Shown one piece after another: positions 25,700 through 38,127 of a stretch of 64,000 nt of DNA. Under the pieces are notes generated by a model. That model had not been told where the DNA came from. It was given only the letters and a program-made list of their open reading frames with translations, and made no database searches. Position numbers and translations under genes: made by a program. Positions within the stretch are counted from its first letter, which is position 1; each line of letters starts with the position of its first letter. This stretch comes from Antedon mediterranea (lineage: Eukaryota; Animalia; Echinodermata), in the NCBI RefSeq assembly GCF_964355755.1, contig NC_092674.1:9734001-9798000 (forward strand), given 5' to 3'.

Positions 25700-28600
25700 A
25701 TGGATTCGGGAAGATCATCAGACACTTCTGCAGAAGAGTCCTTCCTTTCAGAAGATGATGTCAGTGATGTCTTTCTGACGTCACCAAGATTCTCGACAGC
25801 AGCCTCAACAAGTTCTGTGCCATCAAGAGATTTTCTATTTCCGTTTACACCATATAACATTCAAAAGGAATTCATGAGTCACCTATATCTGGCATTGGAT
25901 GAGGGAAAGATCGGAATATTTGAAAGTCCGACAGGAACAGTAAGCTAATAGTAATAAAACAAACCAAACATGAAAATCATTTACAATCAACTCTCCAAAT
26001 ACCAGACTCTCTAAAAACTGAAAACGCACCCTTTCTATAGTATAAGTCCAAAATTCTCTTTTACTGTACCATTAAAAACACATTCAGAATACTTTCCAGA
26101 AACCGAGATACCAGTAGGCCAGCCCGCGATTTTTTTTTTCGTACATAAGTTGGGGACCCCTTAATGAAACGTCACAAAATAAACATGAATAATTCATCAG
26201 TTTAATTTTCTTGTTCCGTGTGCACCCACAAGCGTATAACAACAAGAAGTGATTACACGACACAACTGCGATACGATTCTAGGCCATCTCCGCTGTGGTT
26301 GCGGTGTGCGATTTCATAAAAGAATAGCGGCGTTTTTTGTGGATTGTCGAAATAATCAGCCTTTAGTTTATGATAGAGTTTTTAATATAATTATTGTATT
26401 ATTAAAGAATTACGTGTTAAAATTATAGTTTCTATTAATACTATTAGGCCTAATTATTAGTCTCTAAAGTCCATGTCTATTCTAGTAGTCTGTGTGGGTG
26501 TGACGTGTGTGTTACTGTTAGGTATGACACAGTCCGAGTAATAAGTCAGCAAAATTAAACAATTACATTACACAAAAATACATTTTTTATTCTCGTGGTT
26601 CTAATCTTTCCATCTCATGTGTTCATATACGCGCATTTTTAAAGTTCCTTTGAGTACATGCATATTGTTTGATAATAAAATAGCAGAATTTAAAAAATTA
26701 CAGTACACAAATTATAAACATTCTTCTTGTGGGTCTAAGCTTTCTATGGGCTATGTCTAATTACTACTTAGTTGAATGTGTCTTGTCTAGCTGTCGATTA
26801 GCCTCGACACATTTTGCATAGGTTGGTGTGTGTGTGAAGAAGAGTGCGAGAGCAATCACATGAATTGACCTAGAATCCTAGGCCTAGAAAGAATCGTATC
26901 GCAGTTGTAATCACTTTTAGCTATACGACGCTTGGGTAGACACGGAACAACTGATGAATTATTCATGTTTATTTTGTGACGTTTCATGAGGGGTCCCCAA
27001 CTTATGTACGAAAAAAAAAATCGCGGCCAGCCCATGGGTGTCTGGTATTTGAGAGAGATGACTGTATTACATTTTAATGTATAAAAGTCATAAACATACT
27101 ATACTGTAGACACTGAACTAAGTGAATGTCAACATGGCCGTAACTGGAGTGGAATTGTGGCTTGGTGGGTATGATGCTTGACTACCAATCCAAGGGTCCT
27201 AGGTTCAAGTCCCGTCACATGTCAGGATTTTTTCTAATGACAAATTACAACTCCACTCCCAAAGACTTGTAATAAGATTTTGTTTATGTAGAGCATCCTG
27301 TGTATATGTTTGTCTTGTGAACCTCTGAGGGTCTCACTCCTTGGTTGTCTGTTCAAAAATATTGTAGTATATAAAATAATAACCTAAAGTATTATATGGA
27401 AGAACCAATTTATTAAAATAGAATATACTTTCAATTCAATTCAACATTTATTTCTTCCTTCACGAAAATGAGGTAAACATAACAAATTCCAGTAAAATAA
27501 ATAACAAGTCAATTGATGATAAAAAAAAAAGTATACAGGTACATTAAAGCAATCATTCATATTGTTGGAATTGCTTTTGGAAAATTTGACTTTCAGGAAA
27601 ACTGGACATTTTGGGGCAACCCAAGCATGTTCATTTGAAAGATTTGATTGTATATCTTTAACTCTTTTAAACTCACTCTTTATCTGTAATTAGGGCAAGT
27701 CGTTGAGTTTAATTTGTGGTGCTATTACTTGGCTACGTGATTTTGAAGAAAAAAAGAAGAAAGAAGCTCAAGCCATTCTGGATAAGTCATCAGCTCTTGA
27801 TTCATCTTGGTTAGTGCATCCACACAAACTGGTTTCAATAAAAAAATGTTGAAATGAAATATTTATATTTCTAATTATGGTATAATATTATAGTGTTTTA
27901 TTGAATAAAGTTTTAAATCCTTACACCTTGGGGTGGGGGTGGTGCTGTTCCATATAGTGTGTGAACAATTTTTTTTTCTTAATTTATTTTTTAATCTGCC
28001 ATTTTAATGTAATATAATAGATACACTTTGACCAAAAACAAAAAATATTACCTGAAAGAAAAAAAAACTTTTCTTTTGTCTTGTTATAAGTAAAATATTT
28101 ACAGAAGTGAATAACTTTATTAAAACTGCAAAATGGCCTTTTTAAAGTCTGATTTTATTAATCTTCATTTTATTAATCTTCATTTTCATGTTTTTGAAGG
28201 ACAATGATTGTTAATTCGACCAAATTACGCTCCCAATAATCCATGCAATAATGAACCAAAGGGTGTATACACATGCCAAGAGTAGTCTTTACCTTTTTAT
28301 TTATTTCTTTAGTGATTCAACACTGAATGACACCCTGCAGCTCTTAGTTGCATCAACCCCAACGGAACCAAATGAACCTGATTGGTTCCTGGAATTTGAT
28401 AAAAAGAAGGCTCTTGGTGAAAAAGCCCAGAAGATCAAGGTAAGCATTGAATTGCATTGAATGTTACATAGCTTTTAATTTTCAGACTGCATATGAAAAA
28501 AGTTAAATAAAAATATCAAAGATTCCACAAACATGCTGGTAAACATATTTTTATTTAGAATATGAATTTACTTTGCCCTTTCACAAACTTGAATATTTGT

Positions 28601-31600
28601 CTTCCAATTGCTAAGTACTAAATAAGATAATTTATTCAATTTGTTTTGTTTTTTTTGTAATAGCAAGATCAAGAACGAAATATGAAAAGGGATCAAAAGC
28701 TGAAAGAAATGAAAAATGACATTCGACAGAGGATGCAGTTTAAGAGAAAGGTACAGCATTGTGTATTTGGTGTTTTTGTAGATGATGTGTTAGTTAGTTA
28801 GTAGTCCAGCTACTCTACAGTAGTTAATTTTAAAGGTTAGGTGGTTGATGGCTAGAAATGGCTAGCTGATTGATGGCTAGAAATGGCTAGCTGATTGATG
28901 GCTAGAAATGGCTAGCTGGTTGATCGCTAGAAATGGCTGATTGAGTAGAAATGGCTAGCTGGTTGAGTAGAAATGGCTAGCTGGTTGAGTAGAAATGGCT
29001 AGCTGATTGATGGCTAGAAATGGCTAGCTGATTGATGGCTAGAAATGGCTAGCTGGTTGATGGCTAGAATTAGCTAGCTGATTGATGGCTAGAAATGGCT
29101 AGCTGATTGATGGCTAGAAATGGCTACAGTAGCTGGTTGATGGCTAGAAATGGCTACAGTAGCTGGTTGATGGCTAGAAATGGCTAGCTGGTTGATGGCT
29201 AGAAATGGCTAGCTGATTGATGGCTAGAAATGGCTAGCTGGTTGATGGCTAGAAATGGCTAGCTGGTTGATGGCTAGAAATGGCTAGCTGGTTGATGGCT
29301 AGAAATGGCTAGCTGGTTGAGTAGAAATGGCTAGCTGATTGAGTAGAAATGGATAGCTGGTTGAGTAGAAATGGCTAGCTGGTTAAGTAGAAATGGCTAG
29401 CTGATTGAGTAGAAATGGCTAGCTGGTTCAGTAGAAACAGCTAGCTGGTTGAGTAGAAATGGCTAGCTGGTTCAGTCCAAATGGCTAGCTGATTGATGGC
29501 TAGAAATGGCTAGCTGGTTGATGGCTAGCTGGAATATATCTGGTTCATTATAAAAAATAAATTAACAAATATTCTTTTTTACAAAGGCATTTCTTTTGAG
29601 TCTTTCATGTTCTGACTTTCTAAGTTATATACTATTTATGACATTGTTAATTTCTTTAAATCTATATTTCTTTTTCTGCAGAGAAAATCAACCACAGTTG
29701 ATGATGTTGGGATGAAGCCAACACATGATGAAAATGCAAATACGGTAGCTGGTGGTAAATCGGATACGACACCTGTAACAGACGACGATAATCTGGTGGT
29801 TGACGAGTATCATAGTGATGAAGAAATAACAATGTTTGAAACAGAAGATGAAGAGGAGGTTGACATGGAACAACCGCATGTTACCAAGGTAACAGCTTTA
29901 TGCAACCAGTAACCTGTATGCAGAAACCGTACAGAAACTAGCGAGCCAATTGGGAGACAGTGAAGTGATGCAAACAATGATGGGGATCGAATTCTAAAAA
30001 TTTCAGCCGTACCTCTGTTAAAAAATAATTGTAATGGAGCTGTAGCTTGGTGGTTAACTTGCTTGCCTTCCAATCCCAAGGTTCATGGTTCTATCCTGTC
30101 CTACAGTAGTGCCGGGGTTGTAACTCACAAATCTTTCAATTCCACTCCCTCTCAGTCTCATGAGACTTTATTGTCTCATGAAACTCGGGTTTATAAGCAT
30201 GATAAATTTTAAATTATCCTGTAATTGGCAAGTTGCTTGCTGTTGGATGTGTATGAAATTTTTTTTTATTTTATGAAGAAAATCAGAAAATATATAAAAG
30301 TGTTTATAGTTTTGTTTAATTATAGATATTTATTATTCTTTTCTTTTCATTTATAATTAAACAGATATACTATTGCAGTCGAACACATTCGCAACTTAGT
30401 CAGTTTGTCCACGAGATTCAGAAAAGTCCATTTGGCAGTGACTCAAAGGTGGTAACACTAGGTTCTAGACAAAATCTATGCATAAACGATGCTGTTAAGA
30501 AGCTAAGCAGTTTGTCTATGATGAATGAGAGGTGCCTGGAACTACAGAAGAACAAGAAAAAAGGTAGACTTATATGAATTAGAACCCTTATGTGGGTATA
30601 CCAAGGGGACACTTTCCTGTGAAACAAAGGAGAAGAAAATATGTTTTAATACAATGACCAATTCCTATTTAAGTGGACACTTCTATTTTATTAATTTATT
30701 GTCCCATTAATAAGGCTTCTACTGTATATAAATGCCTGAAACACTCAAATACATTTACCATAGTGGTTAAGGTGTTTATAAATGTGTCTGGAATGATTGC
30801 TTTTGGTTTTCACATTAGTCAGTTAACAGTTAATACAGTTTACTACTAGCTCTCTAGATCTTAAATACCACTTATTCTTCGATGATCTTGAAATCCATAA
30901 TGAATTTAAAATTACACCAAATCAATTGACCCATGATGTATACGAATCAGCAAGTATTATTTTCGACAAACATTGTAAAATTTTTCTGACCATGGCTTGG
31001 AACACACGAAATGATATATATAAATACAATTCCTTCTCAAACTTAATTTATTCATTTTCTTAGTATTTAATCTGTCTTAGTTTTCTTAAATTTTTTTTTG
31101 TAATTTTGTTCTTATGTCTAATTTGTTGTTTTGTATTTATATTTAAGTGTGTATGTATTATTTTTCACTGTAAACTTGTTGCACATCTCATTGAGACTGT
31201 GCCTCTGATTTAAAAGAGATACAATAAAAGTTCAGTTCAGTTCAGTATCTTTTTTGTTACATTTGGACATAGTAACAAAGAAATTGAACTGGTAGCCTGA
31301 CACAATGATTAACAAAAAAATAGAGATTACTAAAGTTTAACTTTGCTCTCTCTCTCTTATTAAACTGTCTTTATTTGAGGCCTACAAATGCAACAGGAAT
31401 AAATACTGTGAAGTGAACAATTGTATTTAAAATATAGAAATCAGCTCATATCTTCAGAGAATAATCTTCAGATCTCAGATTATGTTTGATTGTTATTGTT
31501 TAGAACCAAAGAAAGTTGAGCAAACCCAGCCAAAAAAACGAGCAAAAGTCAATAAAAGTGGGTGTCCATTTTACTCAGCAAGTCGGTTTGAGAATTTTAG

Positions 31601-34600
31601 AGATTACGTATCGGTGGATGTTATGGACATCGAGCAACTCGTGGAAACTGGGAAGGAAATGAAGTCATGCCCGTACTATGGAACAAGATTGGCAATCCCA
31701 GAAGCTCAGGTAATAATGTCAGCAATATGCCCAAGAAAATTCCACTCCCAATCTCAAAATCTAAACAATTTTGTGTTTGTCCTCCTGTGGAATGGATTGT
31801 CACCTTGTAAGAGAACTATTCATTTTAAACCTAAAGTATTATAACAGACACTTTGAAGGTTCTAATATTGATTATTTCAATTTTTATTAGGTGGTTGTTC
31901 TTCCATACAACACTCTTTTACACAAATCAACAAGACAGGCATGTGGCATTAAAATAGAAGGGAATGTTGTGATCATAGACGAGGCGCACAACCTGACAGA
32001 AACAATTGCCAATATGTATAGTGTTGAAGTTACAGGCTCTCAAGTAAGAATAGACTGTATTAGTAGTTTCCTGTTCCCCAACCCCTGATCATGATCCTAT
32101 TCATAGTCGTGACCCTCTGCGTGTTTGTGACCCTCTGCTTGGTAGTGACCTTACACATGGCTGCGACCCAATGCATAACTGTGGCCCTAGATAAAATTCT
32201 TGTTTACTCATAATAATGAGAAAAATTATTTTTAGTCAAAGTACTTTTCGAATTTAGCAAACCTAAAACATATTTTACACAAATTTACATATGCAACTGC
32301 TAATCCAGTATTCCAGCTTTCTTCTGGACAATCTGAAGATAGTAGTAGATAATAGTTTTAATATATTTTATTGTTTTGTCTACAGTTTTGCAGAGCATAT
32401 TCACAGCTTTCACAGTACATGGAAAAGTTCAAGTAAGTAAATCAATAGAATCGAACCCGTAACCAGTGGTAGAGTTTTAGGATTAATCATGACTTTTGTA
32501 AATCTAGACCTAATACTGTATTTGTCACTACAACATCTCATACTCAGTATTAATTTCCCTCAAGCTGGCCCTGTTTATGGACAGACACTCCAGGTTGCCT
32601 GGATCTTGCATTTCATGTGATTATCTTAAAGAAAAAAATGAAAATTATGCTACTAAGCTTTTTTGGCTATGGTGGAAAATCTTCTATAAATATTTATTTT
32701 AATGTCAGTAGTAAATATCACTTTATATATGTACAGTATTTTTATAATGATTTTCCTAATAATTCAAATCATAAATATATATTATTATATTTTTTTATTT
32801 ACTATAGGAGTCGACTTAAGGCCAAGAATTTGATGTACATAAAGCAGATTTTGCAAATCCTAGGAAGATGCATTAAAGCCCTTGGAGGAAAGACGAATGC
32901 CCCTGCTGAAGAACAACAACTAGGGCCCAGCAACTCAAAACTTTATACAATTAATGATTTCTTATTTTCAACTGAGATTGACAATATTAACATGTTCAAG
33001 GTATGTAATCTTGCATTGGTTTTTTTTTTATATTAAATTTATTAAGTTGTAATAATACAATCATTGACTGTGTTTGTTTATTTTCAGATTCGGAAATATT
33101 GTGAAAAAAGTATGATATCAAAAAAGGTAAGTAACTCATGTATTATACAATTTTAAACCAATCAAATGTTTTCTAACCGACTTGTGTAATTTTATATCAA
33201 TGAAAATCTTTCTGACAGTTGAATGGATATGTTGAGAAGTACCAACCATCGGTGAAGACTGCCGAACCAGACGTTGAAAAGACGTCAGCCATGACCAAGT
33301 TCCTGAACCAAATAAGTCAGAAGAATGAAAAGAAAGAAAACAACAAAAATGAACAGCCTATACCAGGTATAATATGCACCTGAAGGGGAATATTGATCAC
33401 AGACATATTATTTCATATTACAGTAATTTTATCAGCAGTTATAATTGTCCAGACGAAAGAATGTTTACTTAACTATGATATTGTTGTTTATAACAGAAAT
33501 GGCAGAGAAAGAACAGCAGCATGTAATGTCCTCACCACTGCAGCATATCGAAGCCTTTCTATTGGCACTTACAAATGCAGACAAAGATGGCAGGGTTGTA
33601 ATCCACAAACAAGGTACTCATATGTAATTGTCCCCTTTCCTCATCTTAAAATCATTAAGGACTATGTGGTATAGCATCATCCTTACTTAATGCTTTATCT
33701 TCGGAAATCTAAAATTCCACAAAAAACATCTTCTCAAAATAAAAAATAGCTAGATGCTGTCCCTGATAGTTTCAAAATGGTTAAATTAAAATATTTAGGC
33801 CAACTTGATCAGCAACATCTACTAAACAAATTTATCTTTTCTTGTTTAAGATTTATTGAGCCAATCTAGCATCAAGTTCCTGCTGCTGAACCCAGCTGTA
33901 CATTTCAATGAAGTGGTCAAGGAAGCCAGGTCTGTAATTGTGGCTGGTGGCACCATGCAACCAGTTGATGAATTCAAACATCAACTCTTCTCTTCTGCAG
34001 GCGTGACGCCAGATAGAATATTGGAATTTTCTTGTGGTAAGTTGAAGATGGTTAGTCTAACATCGAGACAGAGCCAATAATTCTTTTATTTTTTCAGGTT
34101 TTCTGTAGTCTATTCTTTAATAGTAGCTTTTGCAATATATTGCAATTCATTTATATAGATGTATTTACAATTGAGTCTCTCAATAACAGGAAACTCTCCC
34201 AAAGTTTTCTTGATGTCCAAAATGTGTTATTACCATTAAAAACACATTTTTCAATACCAGAATGTCGGGAAACCAAACATTATTAGGCTCGAGGTTGCTC
34301 AGTATTGGAAGAGTTGACTTTACTATTCTGGTATCTTTGAATTTACAATAGGAATCATGTCTCTGTAACACTTTAAATGGATTACAGCCAACCTCAAAGA
34401 AGTTTAAATTTACTCTTTTTTACAATTTTATTTCAGGCCATGTGATTGCACCTGAAAATTTACTTGCCATTGCGATGGCACATGGACCCAGTGGACTTCA
34501 GATGGATTTTACATATCAGTCTCGTGACTTGCCAAGGACGGTAAGAATTTACATTAAAAACATATGTCTACATCTTAGCGAGAAACTATACACAAAATAT

Positions 34601-37600
34601 AATAACAATCATCTCGGATAAGGACTATAAACTGTAGGTCCAGTGTACACACATTGCGAGTAATACCCCGTTGTATTAGTTCAAACCTAGCCACTGTCAT
34701 GGACAGATGAGAAAGCACCTTAAAATGGCTGCACTGACTTTGCTTAACCCTTAAGGGAGACGCATGTAGTTGGAAAGTGTAACATCTGAGCAATAATTCA
34801 TTTATTGGAATCGGTGCTATTCAAGAACTTCTATATTATTATTAACAAGCTGGTTAAAAACCAATGGTGCTTTAGAAAAACCATTTTAGGATCTTAGATT
34901 TTAGGTGTGTTTTTAGAATGGATAAGACAATCATGTCGGAGCGAAAGACCATGAAATATATCTACCCAATTGTTATATTTCTTGTGTTTTATCAAGTTTG
35001 TTACATTTATCATCAGATGGATGAGTTGGGTCGTATCCTGACCAATACGAGTAATGTGGTTCCTGGAGGGCTTGTGTGTTTCTTCCCATCGTATGATTAC
35101 GAAAAGGTAGTCTACAGTCATTGGGAGAAAACAGGGGTGATTAGCAGACTACAAAATCGTAAGCAGATCTTTCGTGAACCTCGCAAGGCAAGCCAAGTCG
35201 ATCAAGTACTGGGACAGTATTCTGCTTGCATTGAGGTATACTATATTACTGAGCAGACTGTTACTGTATGTGAAAGGCCATGTCCAGAACAATTTACAGG
35301 AAAATCAAATTAAAAAACAATAATAGGAGAATTTGATTTGCAAACTATGTCATGTTAGTTCATTATGCACATGGCAGAATATTAGGATGTGTGACCTCGC
35401 TCATCACCTCGACACAGGTTTGATGATTTCTAGGTCCAGGCGACGAAACATTGATTGACCAGGTTGGTCTTTGCCCTATGCCCAGTCCTTGCAAATATCT
35501 AATGTTATGTGTGCATGTTCCTATGCTGCCTAATAAGCCTGTAATGTCTGGTCATTTGTCCACTCTTGTCTACATTATTAGGTTGTTCCATTGATGTTAG
35601 CAATGGATAGTCATTTTAGAGAGTACAGAAGTTTATCCTGCTTCAAAGTCCAGCTACTCTGTAAAGCTCTGTCTACACTATCAAACTTAATGTGATGTGC
35701 CCATATATGGACACAACGATGTCATATCACTACCATATTTGTCAAACTAGTTCGGTAGTGTAGACAGAGCTTAACAAGTTTTTTGCAAAAGCAATACTAT
35801 AAGTGACATTAATTCTTTAAAATTCTTTTTTTTCAAACCATGCATTTTCAGAAAGCGTGTAGTGAAGGTAGTAAACTGTCTGTGAATGGTGCTATCTTAT
35901 TTTGTGTTGTTGGAGGGAAAATGAGCGAAGGTATCAATTTCTCAGATAATCTTGGAAGGTGAGTATTTTTTAAATTTTGTATGATTATGCTTTGTGAAGG
36001 GGCAGTTAAAAAAATCCTCTTTAGAGTAAGTATTTTTTATTCTTACTTACATTCTGATCACCTCATTCGTCGGTGTCGATTTTAATGCTAGTTAATGTAC
36101 TTTTGTTAATGGTTTTTCTATTAACAGTATCATTTAATACCACAGGCCTTTTTAGTAATATCAGTGACTCATTGTAATAGTTGCAATATATGTTGGTTCA
36201 GTACTTAACTGATGATTTAGGAGTAAGCTCTGAAATGCACATGCAACAAAAATACTGACTTGATGTAAGAATATTCTAACTCATTTGTATCGATGATCTA
36301 ATCTATCTTATACTTGTGTTTTTTCAATATTTTAGGTGTATTGTCATGATTGGTCTTCCATTTGCAAATATTAAATCACCAGAGTTGAAAGAGAAGATGG
36401 ACTACCTCGATGCTACAATGGTAAACACATTTTGAAAGTACTTTTTTTATTTTTTTTTTCATTTGTTTTGTTTGGTGATCAAAATTAAATCACCAGAGGT
36501 GAAAGAAAAGATGGACTACCTCGATGCTACAATGGTAAACACATTTTGAAAGTATATTTTTTAGTTTTTTTTTCATTTGTTTTGTTTGGTGATCAAAATT
36601 AAATCACCAGAGTTGAAAGAGAAGATGGACTACCTTGATGCTACAATGGTAAACACATTTTGAAAGTATTTTTTTATTTTTTTTTTCATTTGTTTTGTTT
36701 GGTGATCAAAATTAAATCACCAGAGTTGAAAGAGAAGATGGATTACCTCGATGCTACAATGGTAAACACATTTTGAAAGTATTTTTTTATTTTTTTTTTT
36801 CATTTGTTTTGTTTGGTAATCAAATTTGTAAGTGTTTCTGTATTTCTTCCTGTAGCCAGCAATAAACGGCAGACGACCAGGTCAAGTACATTACGAGAAC
36901 CTTTGCATGAAAGCAGTCAATCAGTCTATTGGTAAAACAATGTTTACTGTAGTTGGAGTGCTTGTATATTTAAGTAAAAATCCTCAAGATGTATTGACCT
37001 TGTGCACCGATTTCAAATTAACCTAGTTATAAATAAGTAGACCTGTTTACAACTAAGTAGATCTGGTTAAAACTAAATAGACCTGGATAAAACTAAGTAG
37101 ACCTGGATAAAACTAAGTAGACCTGGATAAAACTAAAGTAGACCTGGATAAAACTAAAGTAGACCTGGATAAAACTAAAGTAGACCTGGATAAAACTAAA
37201 GTAGACCTGGATAAAACTAAAGTAGACCTGGATAAAACTAAAGTAGACCTGGATAAAACTAAAGTAGACCTGGATAAAACTAAAGTAGACCTGGATAAAA
37301 CTAAAGTAGACCTGGATAAAACTAAAGTAGACCTGGATAAAACTAAGTAGACCTGGATAAAACTAAAGTAGACCTGGATAAAACTAAGTAGACCTGGATA
37401 AAACTAAGTAGACCTGGATAAACTAAGTAGACCTGGATAAAACTAAAGTAGACCTGGATAAAACTAAGTAGACCTGGATAAAACTAAGTAGACCTGGATA
37501 AAACTAAGTAGACCTGGATAAAACTAAAGTAGACCTGGTTAAAACTAAAGTAGACCTAGTTACAGCTAAGTAGACCTAGCTACAGCTAAGTAGACCCAGC

Positions 37601-38127
37601 TACAGCTAAGTAAACCTACAGTAGTTACATTACAGCTAAGTAGACCTAGTTACAGCTACAGTATGTCTTACAGTTACAAGTAGACCTGGTTACCTACTGA
37701 ACTTCACTGTAAGTAACTATGTTAACTAAGGTCACAGAAGCAAAACATGAATATGAGGTATTACTTCAATCAAAAAATTACTGCAACATTGTATGCTCAT
37801 TTCTTAGGTCGTGCCATCCGACACAAAGGAGACTACGCAACTATCTTACTAGTTGATCATCGGTATGCGCGACAATCTATTCAGGATAAACTCCCTGGCT
37901 GGATTGTACAGCGCCTCCAGACAGCTAATAGGTTTGGCCCTGCATTTGCCTCCACTAGTAAGGTAAGTTCAAAAGAAAATAGCTAAATCTTAAACGACAT
38001 TCATAATTCTAAAAATGTTATTTCATAAATATTTGGTAATTCAACTTTGTTGGTAGTAAACTGACATAACATTTTAATTTTTACTTTTTAGTTTTTTGTG
38101 GACAAACGACCAAAACTTCCAGTTTAA
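25700..38127 (+). CDS. DDX11: ATP-dependent DNA helicase DDX11/ChlR1 (XPD-family Fe-S helicase), 21 coding exons
   Basis: Exons: 25700-25939, 27694-27809, 28313-28439, 28664-28750, 29682-29888, 30365-30563, 31504-31709, 31891-32043, 32386-32432, 32808-33000, 33088-33126, 33219-33367, 33497-33613, 33851-34036, 34437-34540, 35017-35235, 35852-35958, 36336-36420, 36856-36931, 37808-37962, 38092-38127. Motifs: [37 protein letters not shown], Fe-S cysteines (NLC, RC, GCPF, SCPYY), [41 protein letters not shown]. Confidence 0.96.
25984..27064. mobile_element. Tc1/mariner-type MITE split by a nested insertion
   Basis: TA|CAATCAACTCTCCAAATACCAGAC ... GTCTGGTATTTGAGAGAGATGACTG|TA inverted ends; an uninterrupted, diverged relative lies near 34166-34322. 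Confidence 0.6.
26126..27024. mobile_element. Non-autonomous DNA transposon with long TIRs and 9-bp TSD (MULE-like)
   Basis: GGCCAGCCC is duplicated at 26117-26125 and 27025-27033. TIR GCGATTTTTTTTTTCGTACATAAGTTGGGGACCCC...; inverted similarity extends over 100 bp. Confidence 0.75.
27146..27380 (+). mobile_element. tRNA-derived SINE (family 2)
   Basis: A-box TGGCTTGGTGG, B-box GGTTCAAGTCC; about 170 bp nearly identical to 45739-45910; A-rich tail. Confidence 0.7.
28845..29533. repeat. Minisatellite of 25/22-bp variant units (GATGGCTAGAAATGGCTAGCTGRTT) in DDX11 intron 4
   Basis: Directly visible tandem array with interspersed variant units. Confidence 0.92.
30035..30200 (+). mobile_element. 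Degenerate tRNA-derived SINE
   Basis: TAGCTTGGTGG A-box and GGTTCTATCC B-box; partial similarity to SINE family 2. Confidence 0.4.
34612..34842 (+). mobile_element. 5'-truncated Deu/Nin-type SINE
   Basis: TCTCGGATAAGGACTATAAACTGTAGGTCCAGTGTACAC matches the core of the 52905 copy; the tail resembles the 95-450 copy. Confidence 0.6.
35665..35771. mobile_element. PIF/Harbinger-type MITE
   Basis: TAA|AGCTCTGTCTACACTA ... TAGTGTAGACAGAGCT|TAA (16-bp TIR, 3-bp TAA TSD). Relatives near 39165-39245, 40819-40921 and 44283-44523. Confidence 0.75.
36370..36824 (+). repeat. Four-fold ~114-bp tandem duplication of the 3' end of DDX11 exon 18 plus its splice donor
   Basis: Units start at 36370, 36484, 36598 and 36711; ATG|GTAAAC donors at 36421, 36535, 36649 and 36762. 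Confidence 0.93.
37030..37692. repeat. Minisatellite of 20/21-bp units (CCTGGATAAAACTAA(A)GTAGA) in DDX11 intron 19
   Basis: Directly visible array; homogeneous core with diverged edges. Confidence 0.92.

Noticed and set aside
35290-35620. Possible decayed RTE-like LINE fragment on the minus strand
   Set aside because: Only a vague resemblance with many stops; not supportable without a search.
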